A DNA stretch of 64,000 nt from Nitrosomonadales bacterium (GTDB lineage: Bacteria; Pseudomonadota; Gammaproteobacteria; Burkholderiales; SG8-39), in NCBI GenBank assembly GCA_005240145.1, contig SBAS01000115.1:4188-68187 (forward strand). Reading direction: 5' to 3'. The translations under genes were made by a program, and so were the position numbers. The number at the start of each line of letters is the position of its first letter. Position 1 is the first letter of the stretch. The notes below the pieces were generated by a model that was not told the origin of the DNA, did no database searches, and saw nothing but the letters and a program-made list of their open reading frames with translations. Positions 48,263-56,523 of this stretch are shown here, piece after piece.

Positions 48263-49500
48263 TCACTCGCTCCGAGCAGGTCAAAGAGCGAGAGTGCGAC
48301 AACTTCGGTCGCCCTGTAAAGGTCGTCGAGCTTCAGGTTCTCGTCGGCGCGGTGGCCGTTCGCCTCCTCCAGCGTGCGCGGGCCGGCGCCGTAGAGCACC
48401 GTGGGTATGCCCGCTTCGCTGTAGTGGCGCGCATCGGTGTAGAGCGGCACGCCACGCGCTTCGATCTCGAGGCCGAACACCGTGCGCGCGCCGGCTTGCA
48501 GTGCCCGCACCAGCCGTTCCTGCCCGGGGCGCGGCACGAACGGATTGGCCAGAAGGATCCTGCGGACTTCGACGCGGATACCCGGCATTTTGCGCACCGA
48601 TTCCTTGATCAGCGCGGTGATGAACTTTTCCGCTGCCCCGGGAATCTCATCGGGTGTGATGCGTCGGTCGAGCCGGAACACCACCCGGTCGGGCACCACG
48701 TTGGTGTTGATGCCGCCGGAGATCAGCCCAACCACCAGGGTCGGGTAGCCGATACCCGGGATCGCCGAAGGCAGCGCGGTGAGCGCCTTGCGGTAGGAAT
48801 ACAGGTCCCCGAGGATCGCCGCTGCCGCCTCCATCGCGTCGTCGCCCTTGTCGGGCTCGGCTGCGTGTCCGGACTTGCCCAGGATCTCCACTTCCAGGTG
48901 CAGGCAGCCGTTGTGGGCGGTGGTCACGGCGTAGGCGAACCCGGCGCTGATCGCATAGTCGGGTTTCGAGATGCCCTGCTCGAGCAGCCACTTCGGGCCG
49001 ATCGCGCCGCCCGCTTCTTCGTCGTAGGTGAAGTGCAGCTCGACGGCTCCTCTCAGTCCGCTGGAGAATTTTTTCAGCGAAAGCAAGGCAAACGCGTAAG
49101 TTGCGAAATCGGACTTCGACACCGCAACCCCGCGTCCGTACATGCGGCCCTCGCGGAGCTCGGCGCCGTAGGGATCGCAGCTCCAGCCCCCTCCCGGCGG
49201 CACCACGTCGCCGTGCGCGTTGAGCGCGATCGTCGGCCCGCCTTCCCCGAACCGTTCCCGCACCACGAGGTTGGTGCACGACATCATCCCGTTTGCCTTC
49301 ACCAGCTCGTTCGGAACCGGGAGACGCTCCACCGCGAAGCCAAGCTCGCCCAGCAGTGTCGCCGCTTTGGCCGCGGAGCGCTCACAGTCGCCGGGCGGAT
49401 TGTCCGAGGGTACCTTGATCAGTTCGGCGAGAAAGCGGATCTGCGCTGCGCGCTCTCCAGACAGGAAATCGTGAATCCGTCTGCGCGCAGCGGTGCTCAT
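48259..49500 (-). CDS. M20/ArgE-DapE family metallohydrolase of unknown specificity
   Basis: NAHGDVVPP, YDEEAGG, GKSGHAA, GGINTNVVPD, C-terminal GHRADE. Confidence 0.85.
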   Translation of the reverse strand: MSTAARRRIHDFLSGERAAQIRFLAELIKVPSDNPPGDCERSAAKAATLLGELGFAVERLPVPNELVKANGMMSCTNLVVRERFGEGGPTIALNAHGDVVPPGGGWSCDPYGAELREGRMYGRGVAVSKSDFATYAFALLSLKKFSSGLRGAVELHFTYDEEAGGAIGPKWLLEQGISKPDYAISAGFAYAVTTAHNGCLHLEVEILGKSGHAAEPDKGDDAMEAAAAILGDLYSYRKALTALPSAIPGIGYPTLVVGLISGGINTNVVPDRVVFRLDRRITPDEIPGAAEKFITALIKESVRKMPGIRVEVRRILLANPFVPRPGQERLVRALQAGARTVFGLEIEARGVPLYTDARHYSEAGIPTVLYGAGPRTLEEANGHRADENLKLDDLYRATEVVALSLFDLLGASD

Positions 49501-50753
49501 ACCCGTGCTTGGGGCCGGAAATTCTCGATAAAGCGCAACAGCACGCGTACTCCGGTTTGCGCATCCTCCGCGGTGATTGCTTCGGCAGGATTATGGCTGA
49601 TGCCCCTCTTGCAGCGCACGAACAGCATGCCGATGTCGCACAGATCGATCATCGCCATGCCGTCGTGGCCGGCGCCGCTCGGCAGCTTGCGAACCGCGAT
49701 GCCCTCGGCTGCGATCGCAGCGCCGATCTGTTCCTGCAGCCACGGCGCGCACTTGGCGACGTTGCCCTCGTGGGTCTTCGAGACCTTGATCGCAACGCCG
49801 CGGCGCTTCGCGATCGTCTCCATCTGCGCGACGACCTCGGTCACGGCAGCGAGGCGCTCTGGATCGCGCGGCGAACGGATGTCGATGGTGAAACGCACCC
49901 GGCCCGGGATTACATTGACCGCCCCGGGAAGCGTCTCCAGCTTGCCGACCGTGCCGACGAGTTCGGGCACCTTCGCGCATCGCTGCTCGATCGCCAGCAC
50001 ACATTCGGCGGCGGCCGCGAGTGCGTCCCGCCTCAGGTTCATCGGCACCGTGCCGGCGTGGCCCGCGATTCCCTCGACCTCGATCGCGAACCGGGTCGCG
50101 CCGTTGATCGCGGTCACCACGCCCACGGGCAGGCCCTCGGCTTCCAGCACCGGACCCTGCTCGATGTGCAGCTCGGCGTAGGCCAGCACGTCCTCGCGCC
50201 GGTGCGCCGCCTGCGCAATGCGCTCGGGATCGAGTCCGGACGCACGCATCGCGGCGCGCATGCTGACCCCGTCCGCGTCCACGCTGTCGAGCACCTCGCA
50301 TTTGAACGTTCCGGCGACGGCGCGGCTGCCGAGCAGGGTCGAGCTGAAGCGCACGCCCTCCTCGTCGGCAAACCCAATGACCTCGATCGCGAATGACAGG
50401 CGCCTGCCGCGCGCGGCGAGGTCTGCGACACATTCGATCGCGCTCACCACGCCGAGCATGCCGTCGTACTTGCCGGCGTCGCGCACCGTGTCTAGGTGCG
50501 ATCCCAACAGCAGCGCCGGCCGCCCGGGCCGCTCGCCCTCGTAGCGCCCGACGACGTTACCGATCGCGTCCAGCTTCGCGCTCATGCCCGCTTCGCGCAT
50601 CCAGCCGAGCACAAGCTCATTTGCCGCAGCCTGCTCACGCGACAGGAATACGCGCGTCAGGCCGCCGGCAAGCTCCGATTGGCAGGCGAGCGCTGCGCAG
50701 CGCTCAAGCATGCGCCGCGCCGACAGACCTGCGTTAACGGCCCGCCGGTTCAC
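49497..50753 (-). CDS. Allantoate amidohydrolase (Zn-dependent, M20 family)
   Basis: GSHLDTV, GKYDGMLGV, ADEEGVRF, ELHIEQGP, GHAGTVPM, SGAGHD, GISHNPAE; start GTG 50753 preferred (ATG 50711 possible). Confidence 0.9.
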   Translation of the reverse strand: MNRRAVNAGLSARRMLERCAALACQSELAGGLTRVFLSREQAAANELVLGWMREAGMSAKLDAIGNVVGRYEGERPGRPALLLGSHLDTVRDAGKYDGMLGVVSAIECVADLAARGRRLSFAIEVIGFADEEGVRFSSTLLGSRAVAGTFKCEVLDSVDADGVSMRAAMRASGLDPERIAQAAHRREDVLAYAELHIEQGPVLEAEGLPVGVVTAINGATRFAIEVEGIAGHAGTVPMNLRRDALAAAAECVLAIEQRCAKVPELVGTVGKLETLPGAVNVIPGRVRFTIDIRSPRDPERLAAVTEVVAQMETIAKRRGVAIKVSKTHEGNVAKCAPWLQEQIGAAIAAEGIAVRKLPSGAGHDGMAMIDLCDIGMLFVRCKRGISHNPAEAITAEDAQTGVRVLLRFIENFRPQARV

Positions 50754-50848
50754 GTCGCAGCCGGCACGACCTTGGGCGCGGCGCCGAATTTCTCCAGTTC
50801 CATCAGCGAGTTCCACAGCCGGGAACCGTTCACCATGAGCGCGGGCAT
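50750..50848 (-). pseudogene. 32-aa 5' remnant of a second Zn-dependent ureido/carbamoyl amidohydrolase
   Basis: MPALMVNGSRLWNSLMELEKFGAAPKVVPAAT* resembles the (I/V)NGxRLWxSLMExAxIGATPKGG N-terminus of N-carbamoyl-amino-acid hydrolases; its TGA overlaps GTG 50753. Confidence 0.65.
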
Positions 50849-50901
50849 GGCGAAATCATACTATCGGGCACGCGCCGCCGTGCTTTTCCGGGAATATTTT
50901 T

Positions 50902-50910
50902 TGCTAGACT
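50902..50910 (+). promoter_or_regulatory. Candidate TG-extended -10 element for the ABC importer operon
   Basis: TGcTAGACT after an AT-rich tract in the divergent intergenic region, about 50 nt before ATG 50960 (RBS GGGAG). Confidence 0.45.
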
Positions 50911-50959
50911 TGCGTCCGCCAGATCGGGTTCGAGCCATCAACCAATTAAGGGAGCAAAT

Positions 50960-52609
50960 ATGCAACGCAAATCGATCGCCCTGACGGTAGCGGCGCTGTT
51001 CGTAGTTGGCGCGCTGCCGTTTGCGCAGGACGCCGGCGCGCAGTCGGTGCTGCGTATCGCCATGACTGCGGCGGACATCCCGAAAACCTCCGGCCAGCCG
51101 GACCAGGGATTCGAGGGCAACCGTTTCACCGGCATTCCGCTCTATGACGCGCTGACGCAGTGGGATCTCTCTTCGGCGGACAAGCCGAGCGTGCTGATTC
51201 CCGGCCTCGCCACCGCGTGGCGAGTGAGCGATACCGACAAGACCAAATGGACTTTCACGCTCAGGAAGGGCGTCAAGTTCCACGACGGCAGCGAGCTCAC
51301 CGCCAACGCCATCGTCTGGAACGTGGACAAGGTGCTGAACAAGGACGCGCGCCACTTCGCGCCCGACCAGATCGGCGTCACGGTGTCGCGCATGCCGAAC
51401 CTGGTATCGGCGCGCAGGATCGACGATTTCACGGTGGAACTCACCACCAAGGAGCCCGACAGCTTCCTGCCGCTCAACCTGACCAACCTCTTCATCGCCT
51501 CTCCGGCGCACTGGCAGAAGAAATACGACGCACTCGCTTCGGTGTCCGACGCCGCCGAACGCGCCAAGCAGGCCTGGGCGGCCTTCGCCGCCGACGCATC
51601 GGGTTCGGGCCCTTTCAAGATGGCGCGCTTCTCGCCGCGCGAGCGCGTCGAGTACGTGAAGAATGAGGCCTACTGGGACCCGAAGCGCCGTACCAAGCTC
51701 GATCGCGTGGTGCTCCTGCCGATGCCGGAGGCGAGCGCGCGCACGGCGGCGCTGCTCTCGGGGCAGGTGGACTGGATCGAAAGTCCCGCGCCCGACGCGG
51801 TGCCGCAGATCAAGCAGAAAGGCTTCATCCTCCACACCAACGCCCAGCCGCACGTCTGGCCCTGGCAGTTTTCCTTCGTGGAGGGCTCGCCGTGGCTCGA
51901 CAAGCGCGTGCGCCACGCCGCCAACCTGTGCGTGAACCGCGAGGAGCTCAAGCAGGCGCTGGGCGGCTTGATGGAGATTCCCAAGGGCACGGTGCCGCCC
52001 GGGCATCCCTGGTGGGGTAACCCGAAGTTCGAGATCAAGTACGACCTGAAGGCGGCGCAGAAGCTGATGGCGGATGCCGGATTTGGGCCCAACAAGCGCC
52101 TGAAGGTGAAAACCTTGACTTCTGCCTCCGGCTCGGGCCAGATGCAGCCGGTGCCGATGAACGAGTTCGTGCAACAGGCACTGCGCGCGTGCTACTTCGA
52201 TGTCGAGCTCGAAGTCGTCGAGTGGAACGCCCTGTTCACCAACTGGCGCGAAGGGGCGAAGGATCCGAAGTCGCGCGGCGCGCATGCCACCAACGTGACC
52301 TTCGCGGCGATGGACCCGTTCTTCGCCATGGTGCGCTTCACCTCCAGCAAGACCCAGCCGCCGGTGTCGAACAACTGGGGCCACTTCGTCAATCCGGAGT
52401 TCGACGACCTGATCGCCAAGGCGCGCACTTCGTTCGACGACAAGGGCCGCGATGCGGCGCTGGCGCGGCTGCATGCGCGCATCGTCGAGGAAGCGCCGTT
52501 CCTTTGGGTGGCGCACGACGTGGGTCCACGCGCGATGAGCTCCAAGGTCAAGGGCGTGGTGCAGCCCAAGAGCTGGTTCATCGATCTCGCGCCGATGAGC
52601 ATGCAGTAA
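50960..52609 (+). CDS. Peptide/opine/nickel ABC transporter substrate-binding protein (SBP family 5)
   Basis: Signal peptide, PGLATAW, FTLRKGVKFHDGS, GSGPFK, DKRVRHA. Confidence 0.92.
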   Translation: MQRKSIALTVAALFVVGALPFAQDAGAQSVLRIAMTAADIPKTSGQPDQGFEGNRFTGIPLYDALTQWDLSSADKPSVLIPGLATAWRVSDTDKTKWTFTLRKGVKFHDGSELTANAIVWNVDKVLNKDARHFAPDQIGVTVSRMPNLVSARRIDDFTVELTTKEPDSFLPLNLTNLFIASPAHWQKKYDALASVSDAAERAKQAWAAFAADASGSGPFKMARFSPRERVEYVKNEAYWDPKRRTKLDRVVLLPMPEASARTAALLSGQVDWIESPAPDAVPQIKQKGFILHTNAQPHVWPWQFSFVEGSPWLDKRVRHAANLCVNREELKQALGGLMEIPKGTVPPGHPWWGNPKFEIKYDLKAAQKLMADAGFGPNKRLKVKTLTSASGSGQMQPVPMNEFVQQALRACYFDVELEVVEWNALFTNWREGAKDPKSRGAHATNVTFAAMDPFFAMVRFTSSKTQPPVSNNWGHFVNPEFDDLIAKARTSFDDKGRDAALARLHARIVEEAPFLWVAHDVGPRAMSSKVKGVVQPKSWFIDLAPMSMQ

Positions 52610-52625
52610 GTCCGCAGGTTCCAGA

Positions 52626-52660
52626 CGGCGGCGGGCATCGCGCCCGCCGCCGCTGTTTTT
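52626..52660 (+). terminator. GC-rich stem-loop after the binding-protein gene (terminator or mRNA-stabilising hairpin)
   Basis: 11-bp stem CGGCGGCGGGC/GCCCGCCGCCG with ATCGC loop, followed by CTGTTTTT. Confidence 0.7.
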
Positions 52661-52684
52661 CGCAAAGCAAAGTTCTCCGCCGCC

Positions 52685-53638
52685 TTGATCCTCTACGCCA
52701 CCAAGCGCGTCCTGCTGACGCTGCCGATCATGCTCGGCGTGACCATCGTCTGTTTCGCGCTCGTGCACCTCGCGCCCGGCGATCCGCTGATTTCGGTGTT
52801 GCCACCCGATGCCTCGCAGTCCATCAAGGAACAGATGATGGCGCTCTACGGCTTCGACCGGCCCTACCACGAGCAATTCCTGCGCTGGCTCTGGCGTGTG
52901 CTGCAAGGCGATATCGGCACTTCCATCCGCACCGGGCGGCCGGTGAGCACGGAAATCAGCAAAGCGGTCGGCAATACGCTGATGTTGGCGGCACTGGCCA
53001 CCTGCATCGGTTTTCTGTTGGGTACGCTGTTCGGTTTTGTCGCCGGCTATTTCCGCGACACCTGGATCGATAAGACCGCCTCGGCGCTGTCGGTGTTCGG
53101 CGTGTCGGTGCCGCATTACTGGCTGGGCATGGTGCTGGTGATCGTTTTCGCGGCGACCTTGGGCTGGCTGCCGCCCACTGGCGCCGGGCCGGGCGGCTCG
53201 GAGGACTGGAAATGGGATTGGGTGCATTTCAAGTACCTCATCCTGCCGGCGGTCACCATGTCGGTGATTCCAATGGGCATCATCGCGCGCACGGTGCGCG
53301 CCCTGGTGGCGGAGATCCTTTCGCAGGAGTTCGTCGTCGGCCTGCGCGCCAAGGGCCTCTCGGAAGTCGGCATCTTCGGTCACGTGGTGAAGAACGCCGC
53401 GCCGACCGCGCTGGCGGTGATGGGCATACAGCTTGGCTACCTGCTTGGCGGCTCGATCCTGATTGAAACCGTGTTCGCCTGGCCGGGCACGGGCCTGCTG
53501 CTCAACGATGCGATCTTCCAGCGCGACCTGCCGCTCCTGCAGGGCACGATCCTGGTGCTGGCGATGTTCTTCGTGGTGCTCAACCTGGCGGTGGACGTGA
53601 TGCAGACCATGCTCGACCCGCGGATCCAGCGTGCCTGA
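52685..53638 (+). CDS. ABC transporter permease (DppB-like)
   Basis: LAPGDP, GDIGTS, PHYWLG, EAA-like loop LRAKGL, ETVFAWPG. Confidence 0.92.
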   Translation: MILYATKRVLLTLPIMLGVTIVCFALVHLAPGDPLISVLPPDASQSIKEQMMALYGFDRPYHEQFLRWLWRVLQGDIGTSIRTGRPVSTEISKAVGNTLMLAALATCIGFLLGTLFGFVAGYFRDTWIDKTASALSVFGVSVPHYWLGMVLVIVFAATLGWLPPTGAGPGGSEDWKWDWVHFKYLILPAVTMSVIPMGIIARTVRALVAEILSQEFVVGLRAKGLSEVGIFGHVVKNAAPTALAVMGIQLGYLLGGSILIETVFAWPGTGLLLNDAIFQRDLPLLQGTILVLAMFFVVLNLAVDVMQTMLDPRIQRA

Positions 53639-54500
53639 GCGCGTGAACGAAATCATCCGCTCGCCGGGTTTCTGGGTCACGGTGTGGCGGCGTTTTCTGC
53701 GCGATCCGGTGGCGCTCGCCGCCGCGCTGGTGGTGCTCGGCTTGATCCTCATGGCGGTGTTCGCGCCCTGGATCGCGCCGCAGGACCCTTTTCAGGGCAT
53801 GTCGCTGCGCCGGCTCAAGCCGCCGGGAACGGAAGGTTATCCGCTGGGCACCGATGAGCTCGGGCGCGACATGCTGAGCCGCCTGATCCATGGCGCGCGC
53901 ATCTCGCTGTTCATGGGCATCGTGCCGGTGCTGTGCGCGCTTTTCATCGGTGCCGCGATCGGCATCGTTGCCGGATACTCGGGCGGCTGGACCAACACAT
54001 TGCTGATGCGCACCGTAGACGTGTTCTTCGCCTTTCCCTCGGTGCTGCTGGCGGTGGCGCTGGCGGGCGCCCTCGGCCCGGGTATGACCAACGGCCTGAT
54101 TGCGCTTACCCTGGTTTTCATTCCGCCTATCGCGCGCGTCGCCGAGAGCGTCACCACCGGCGTGCGCTCGCGCGATTTCGTCGAGGCAGCCAAGGCAAGC
54201 GGCGCGGGCGCGCTGCTGATCATCAGGAAGCACGTGCTGGGCAACGTGCTCGGGCCGATTTTCGTCTACGCCATGAGCCTGGTCGCGGTGTCGATGATCC
54301 TCGCCGCCGGCCTGTCCTTCCTCGGCCTGGGCGTGAAGCCGCCACAGCCTGACTGGGGCCTGATGTTGAATACCCTGCGCACCGCGATGTACACGCAGCC
54401 GCTCCTGTGCGCGCTGCCGGGGGTGATGATCTTCATCACCTCGATCTCCTTCAACCTGATGACCGACGGGCTGCGCTCGGCGATGGACATCAAGGCCTAG
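53631..54500 (+). CDS. ABC transporter permease (DppC-like)
   Basis: LGTDELGRD, GARISL, FVEAAKASGA, LSFLGLG, PDWGLML. Confidence 0.92.
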   Translation: MPERVNEIIRSPGFWVTVWRRFLRDPVALAAALVVLGLILMAVFAPWIAPQDPFQGMSLRRLKPPGTEGYPLGTDELGRDMLSRLIHGARISLFMGIVPVLCALFIGAAIGIVAGYSGGWTNTLLMRTVDVFFAFPSVLLAVALAGALGPGMTNGLIALTLVFIPPIARVAESVTTGVRSRDFVEAAKASGAGALLIIRKHVLGNVLGPIFVYAMSLVAVSMILAAGLSFLGLGVKPPQPDWGLMLNTLRTAMYTQPLLCALPGVMIFITSISFNLMTDGLRSAMDIKA

Positions 54501-54505
54501 AGCGC

Positions 54506-55522
54506 ATGCGCGAATCCGACAACGTGCCGCTGCTCGAAGTGCGGGGCCTGGTAAAGCACTTCCCGGTGAAAAGGAACCTGCTTGGCCGCGCGACCAGCGT
54601 CGTCTCGGCGGTCGACGGCGTGGATTTCGACCTGCGCCAGGGCGAAACGCTGGGCGTGGTGGGTGAGTCGGGCTGCGGCAAATCGACCACCGCCCGGCTG
54701 CTCATGCACCTTATCGAGCCCTCCGCGGGAACCATCCGCTTCGGCGGCAAGACGGTCGGCAGCGCGGCACTGCCGCTCAAGGAGTTCCGGCGGCAGGTGC
54801 AGCTCGTGTTCCAGGACAGCTACGCCTCGCTCAACCCGCGCCTGACGGTGGAGGAATCGATCGCTTTCGGGCCGATGGTGCATGGCACGGCGCGCACGCA
54901 AGCGCAGGCGCGCACGCATGCGCTGCTCGAGCGGGTCGGCCTCGACCCGCGGCGTTTCGCCGGCCGCTTCACGCACGAGCTCTCCGGCGGGCAGCGCCAG
55001 CGCGTCAACATCGCGCGTGCGCTCGCACTGCAGCCGCGCATCCTGGTGCTGGACGAGGCGGTGTCGGCGCTCGACAAATCGGTGGAGGCGCAAGTGCTCA
55101 ACCTGCTGCTGGATCTCAAGCAGGAGTTCGGCCTGTCATACGTCTTCATCAGCCACGACCTCGAAGTGGTGCGTTTCATGGCCGCGCGGGTGCTGGTGAT
55201 GTACCTCGGGCGCGTGGCCGAGCTCGCGCCTACCGAGGCGCTCTACACCGACAGCCGGCACCCCTACACCACCGCGCTGGTGGGGTCGCTCCTGTCGATG
55301 AACCCGGACCGGCGCACCGAGGCGGCGCCGATCAGCGGCGATCCGCCCAATCCGATCGACCCGCCGCCGGGTTGCCGGTTTCATACCCGCTGTCCGCACG
55401 CCGAACCCGTCTGCGCGGCCGGCGTGCCGGGGCTGGGCATGCGCGCGCAGGAGCATTGGGTCGCCTGCCACATGGGCGACCCGATGTCCGGGCACAGCAA
55501 GGCGCCGGCGCGGGCCGCGTAA
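54506..55522 (+). CDS. ABC transporter ATP-binding protein (DppF-like)
   Basis: GESGCGKS, LSGGQRQR, LDEAVSALD, C-terminal CRFHTRC; start ATG 54506. Confidence 0.93.
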   Translation: MRESDNVPLLEVRGLVKHFPVKRNLLGRATSVVSAVDGVDFDLRQGETLGVVGESGCGKSTTARLLMHLIEPSAGTIRFGGKTVGSAALPLKEFRRQVQLVFQDSYASLNPRLTVEESIAFGPMVHGTARTQAQARTHALLERVGLDPRRFAGRFTHELSGGQRQRVNIARALALQPRILVLDEAVSALDKSVEAQVLNLLLDLKQEFGLSYVFISHDLEVVRFMAARVLVMYLGRVAELAPTEALYTDSRHPYTTALVGSLLSMNPDRRTEAAPISGDPPNPIDPPPGCRFHTRCPHAEPVCAAGVPGLGMRAQEHWVACHMGDPMSGHSKAPARAA

Positions 55523-55542
55523 CCGGCGGCATCCAGGCACCC

Positions 55543-56523
55543 ATGGCAGATACCGTTCTCGATATCCGCAACCTGCGCGTCACCTTCACCGGCGGCGCCA
55601 AGCACGTGCGCGCCGTCGACGGCGTCGACCTTGCCGTCGCCCCCGGCGAAGTGGTGGCCCTGCTCGGCGAATCCGGTTCCGGCAAGAGCGTGACGCTGCG
55701 CTCCGTGCTGCGCCTGCATCCGGAGGCGAAGACCCGCATCGCGGGATCGATCGTGGCTGCGGGCGTCGACGTGATGGCCCTGACGGGCGCAGCGCTCGCG
55801 GATTTTCGCGGCAAGACGGTGTCGATGATTTTCCAGGAACCGATGCTTGCGCTCGACCCGGTGTATTCGCTCGGCCAGCAGATCACCGAGTCAATCCGCA
55901 AACACGAACCGGCGGTATCGGCCGAGGCCGCGCGCCGGCGCGCCTTCGAGCTCTTCGAGCAGGTGCGCATCCCCAGCCCGGAACGGCGCCTGGACGCCTA
56001 TCCGCACGAAATGTCTGGCGGCATGCGCCAGCGCGCGATGATCGCGCTGGCACTCGCCTGCAACCCGAAGGTGCTGCTGGCCGACGAGCCCACCACCGCG
56101 CTCGACGCGACGGTACAGGTGCAGATCCTGCTGTTGTTGCGCGAATTGCAGCGCAATCTCAATCTGTCGATGATCTTCGTCACCCACGACATTGGCGTCG
56201 GCGTCGAGGTGGCGGACCGCATCGCGGTGATGTACGCCGGGCGCATCGTCGAAATCGGCGCGGTGCGCGATGTGATCCGCACGCCGCGCCATCCCTATAC
56301 CATCGGCCTGCTCTCGACGCGCGCGCAGGGCGGGCGGCTCTCGGGCAATCGCCTGACGACGATCTCGGGCAGTCCGCCGGACCTGGCCAACCTTCCCCCC
56401 GGCTGCGCGTTCGCACCGCGCTGTGCCTCCGCTTCCGCCGCCTGCCGCGAGGCCGCGCCCGCGCCGGTCGATCTCGGGGCCGGGCACGTCGTGCGCTGCA
56501 TCCACACCGCCATCACCGCCTGA
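55543..56523 (+). CDS. ABC transporter ATP-binding protein (DppD-like)
   Basis: GESGSGKS, MSGGMRQR, ADEPTTALD, CAFAPRC; start ATG 55543. Confidence 0.93.
   Translation: MADTVLDIRNLRVTFTGGAKHVRAVDGVDLAVAPGEVVALLGESGSGKSVTLRSVLRLHPEAKTRIAGSIVAAGVDVMALTGAALADFRGKTVSMIFQEPMLALDPVYSLGQQITESIRKHEPAVSAEAARRRAFELFEQVRIPSPERRLDAYPHEMSGGMRQRAMIALALACNPKVLLADEPTTALDATVQVQILLLLRELQRNLNLSMIFVTHDIGVGVEVADRIAVMYAGRIVEIGAVRDVIRTPRHPYTIGLLSTRAQGGRLSGNRLTTISGSPPDLANLPPGCAFAPRCASASAACREAAPAPVDLGAGHVVRCIHTAITA

Noticed and set aside
50861-53752. 963-aa minus-strand ORF and similar long antisense ORFs throughout (e.g. 7504-9732, 15777-17783, 34809-36665, 42977-44635)
   Set aside because: Each lies opposite well-supported genes, is Arg/Ala/Gly/His-rich and has no domain signature.
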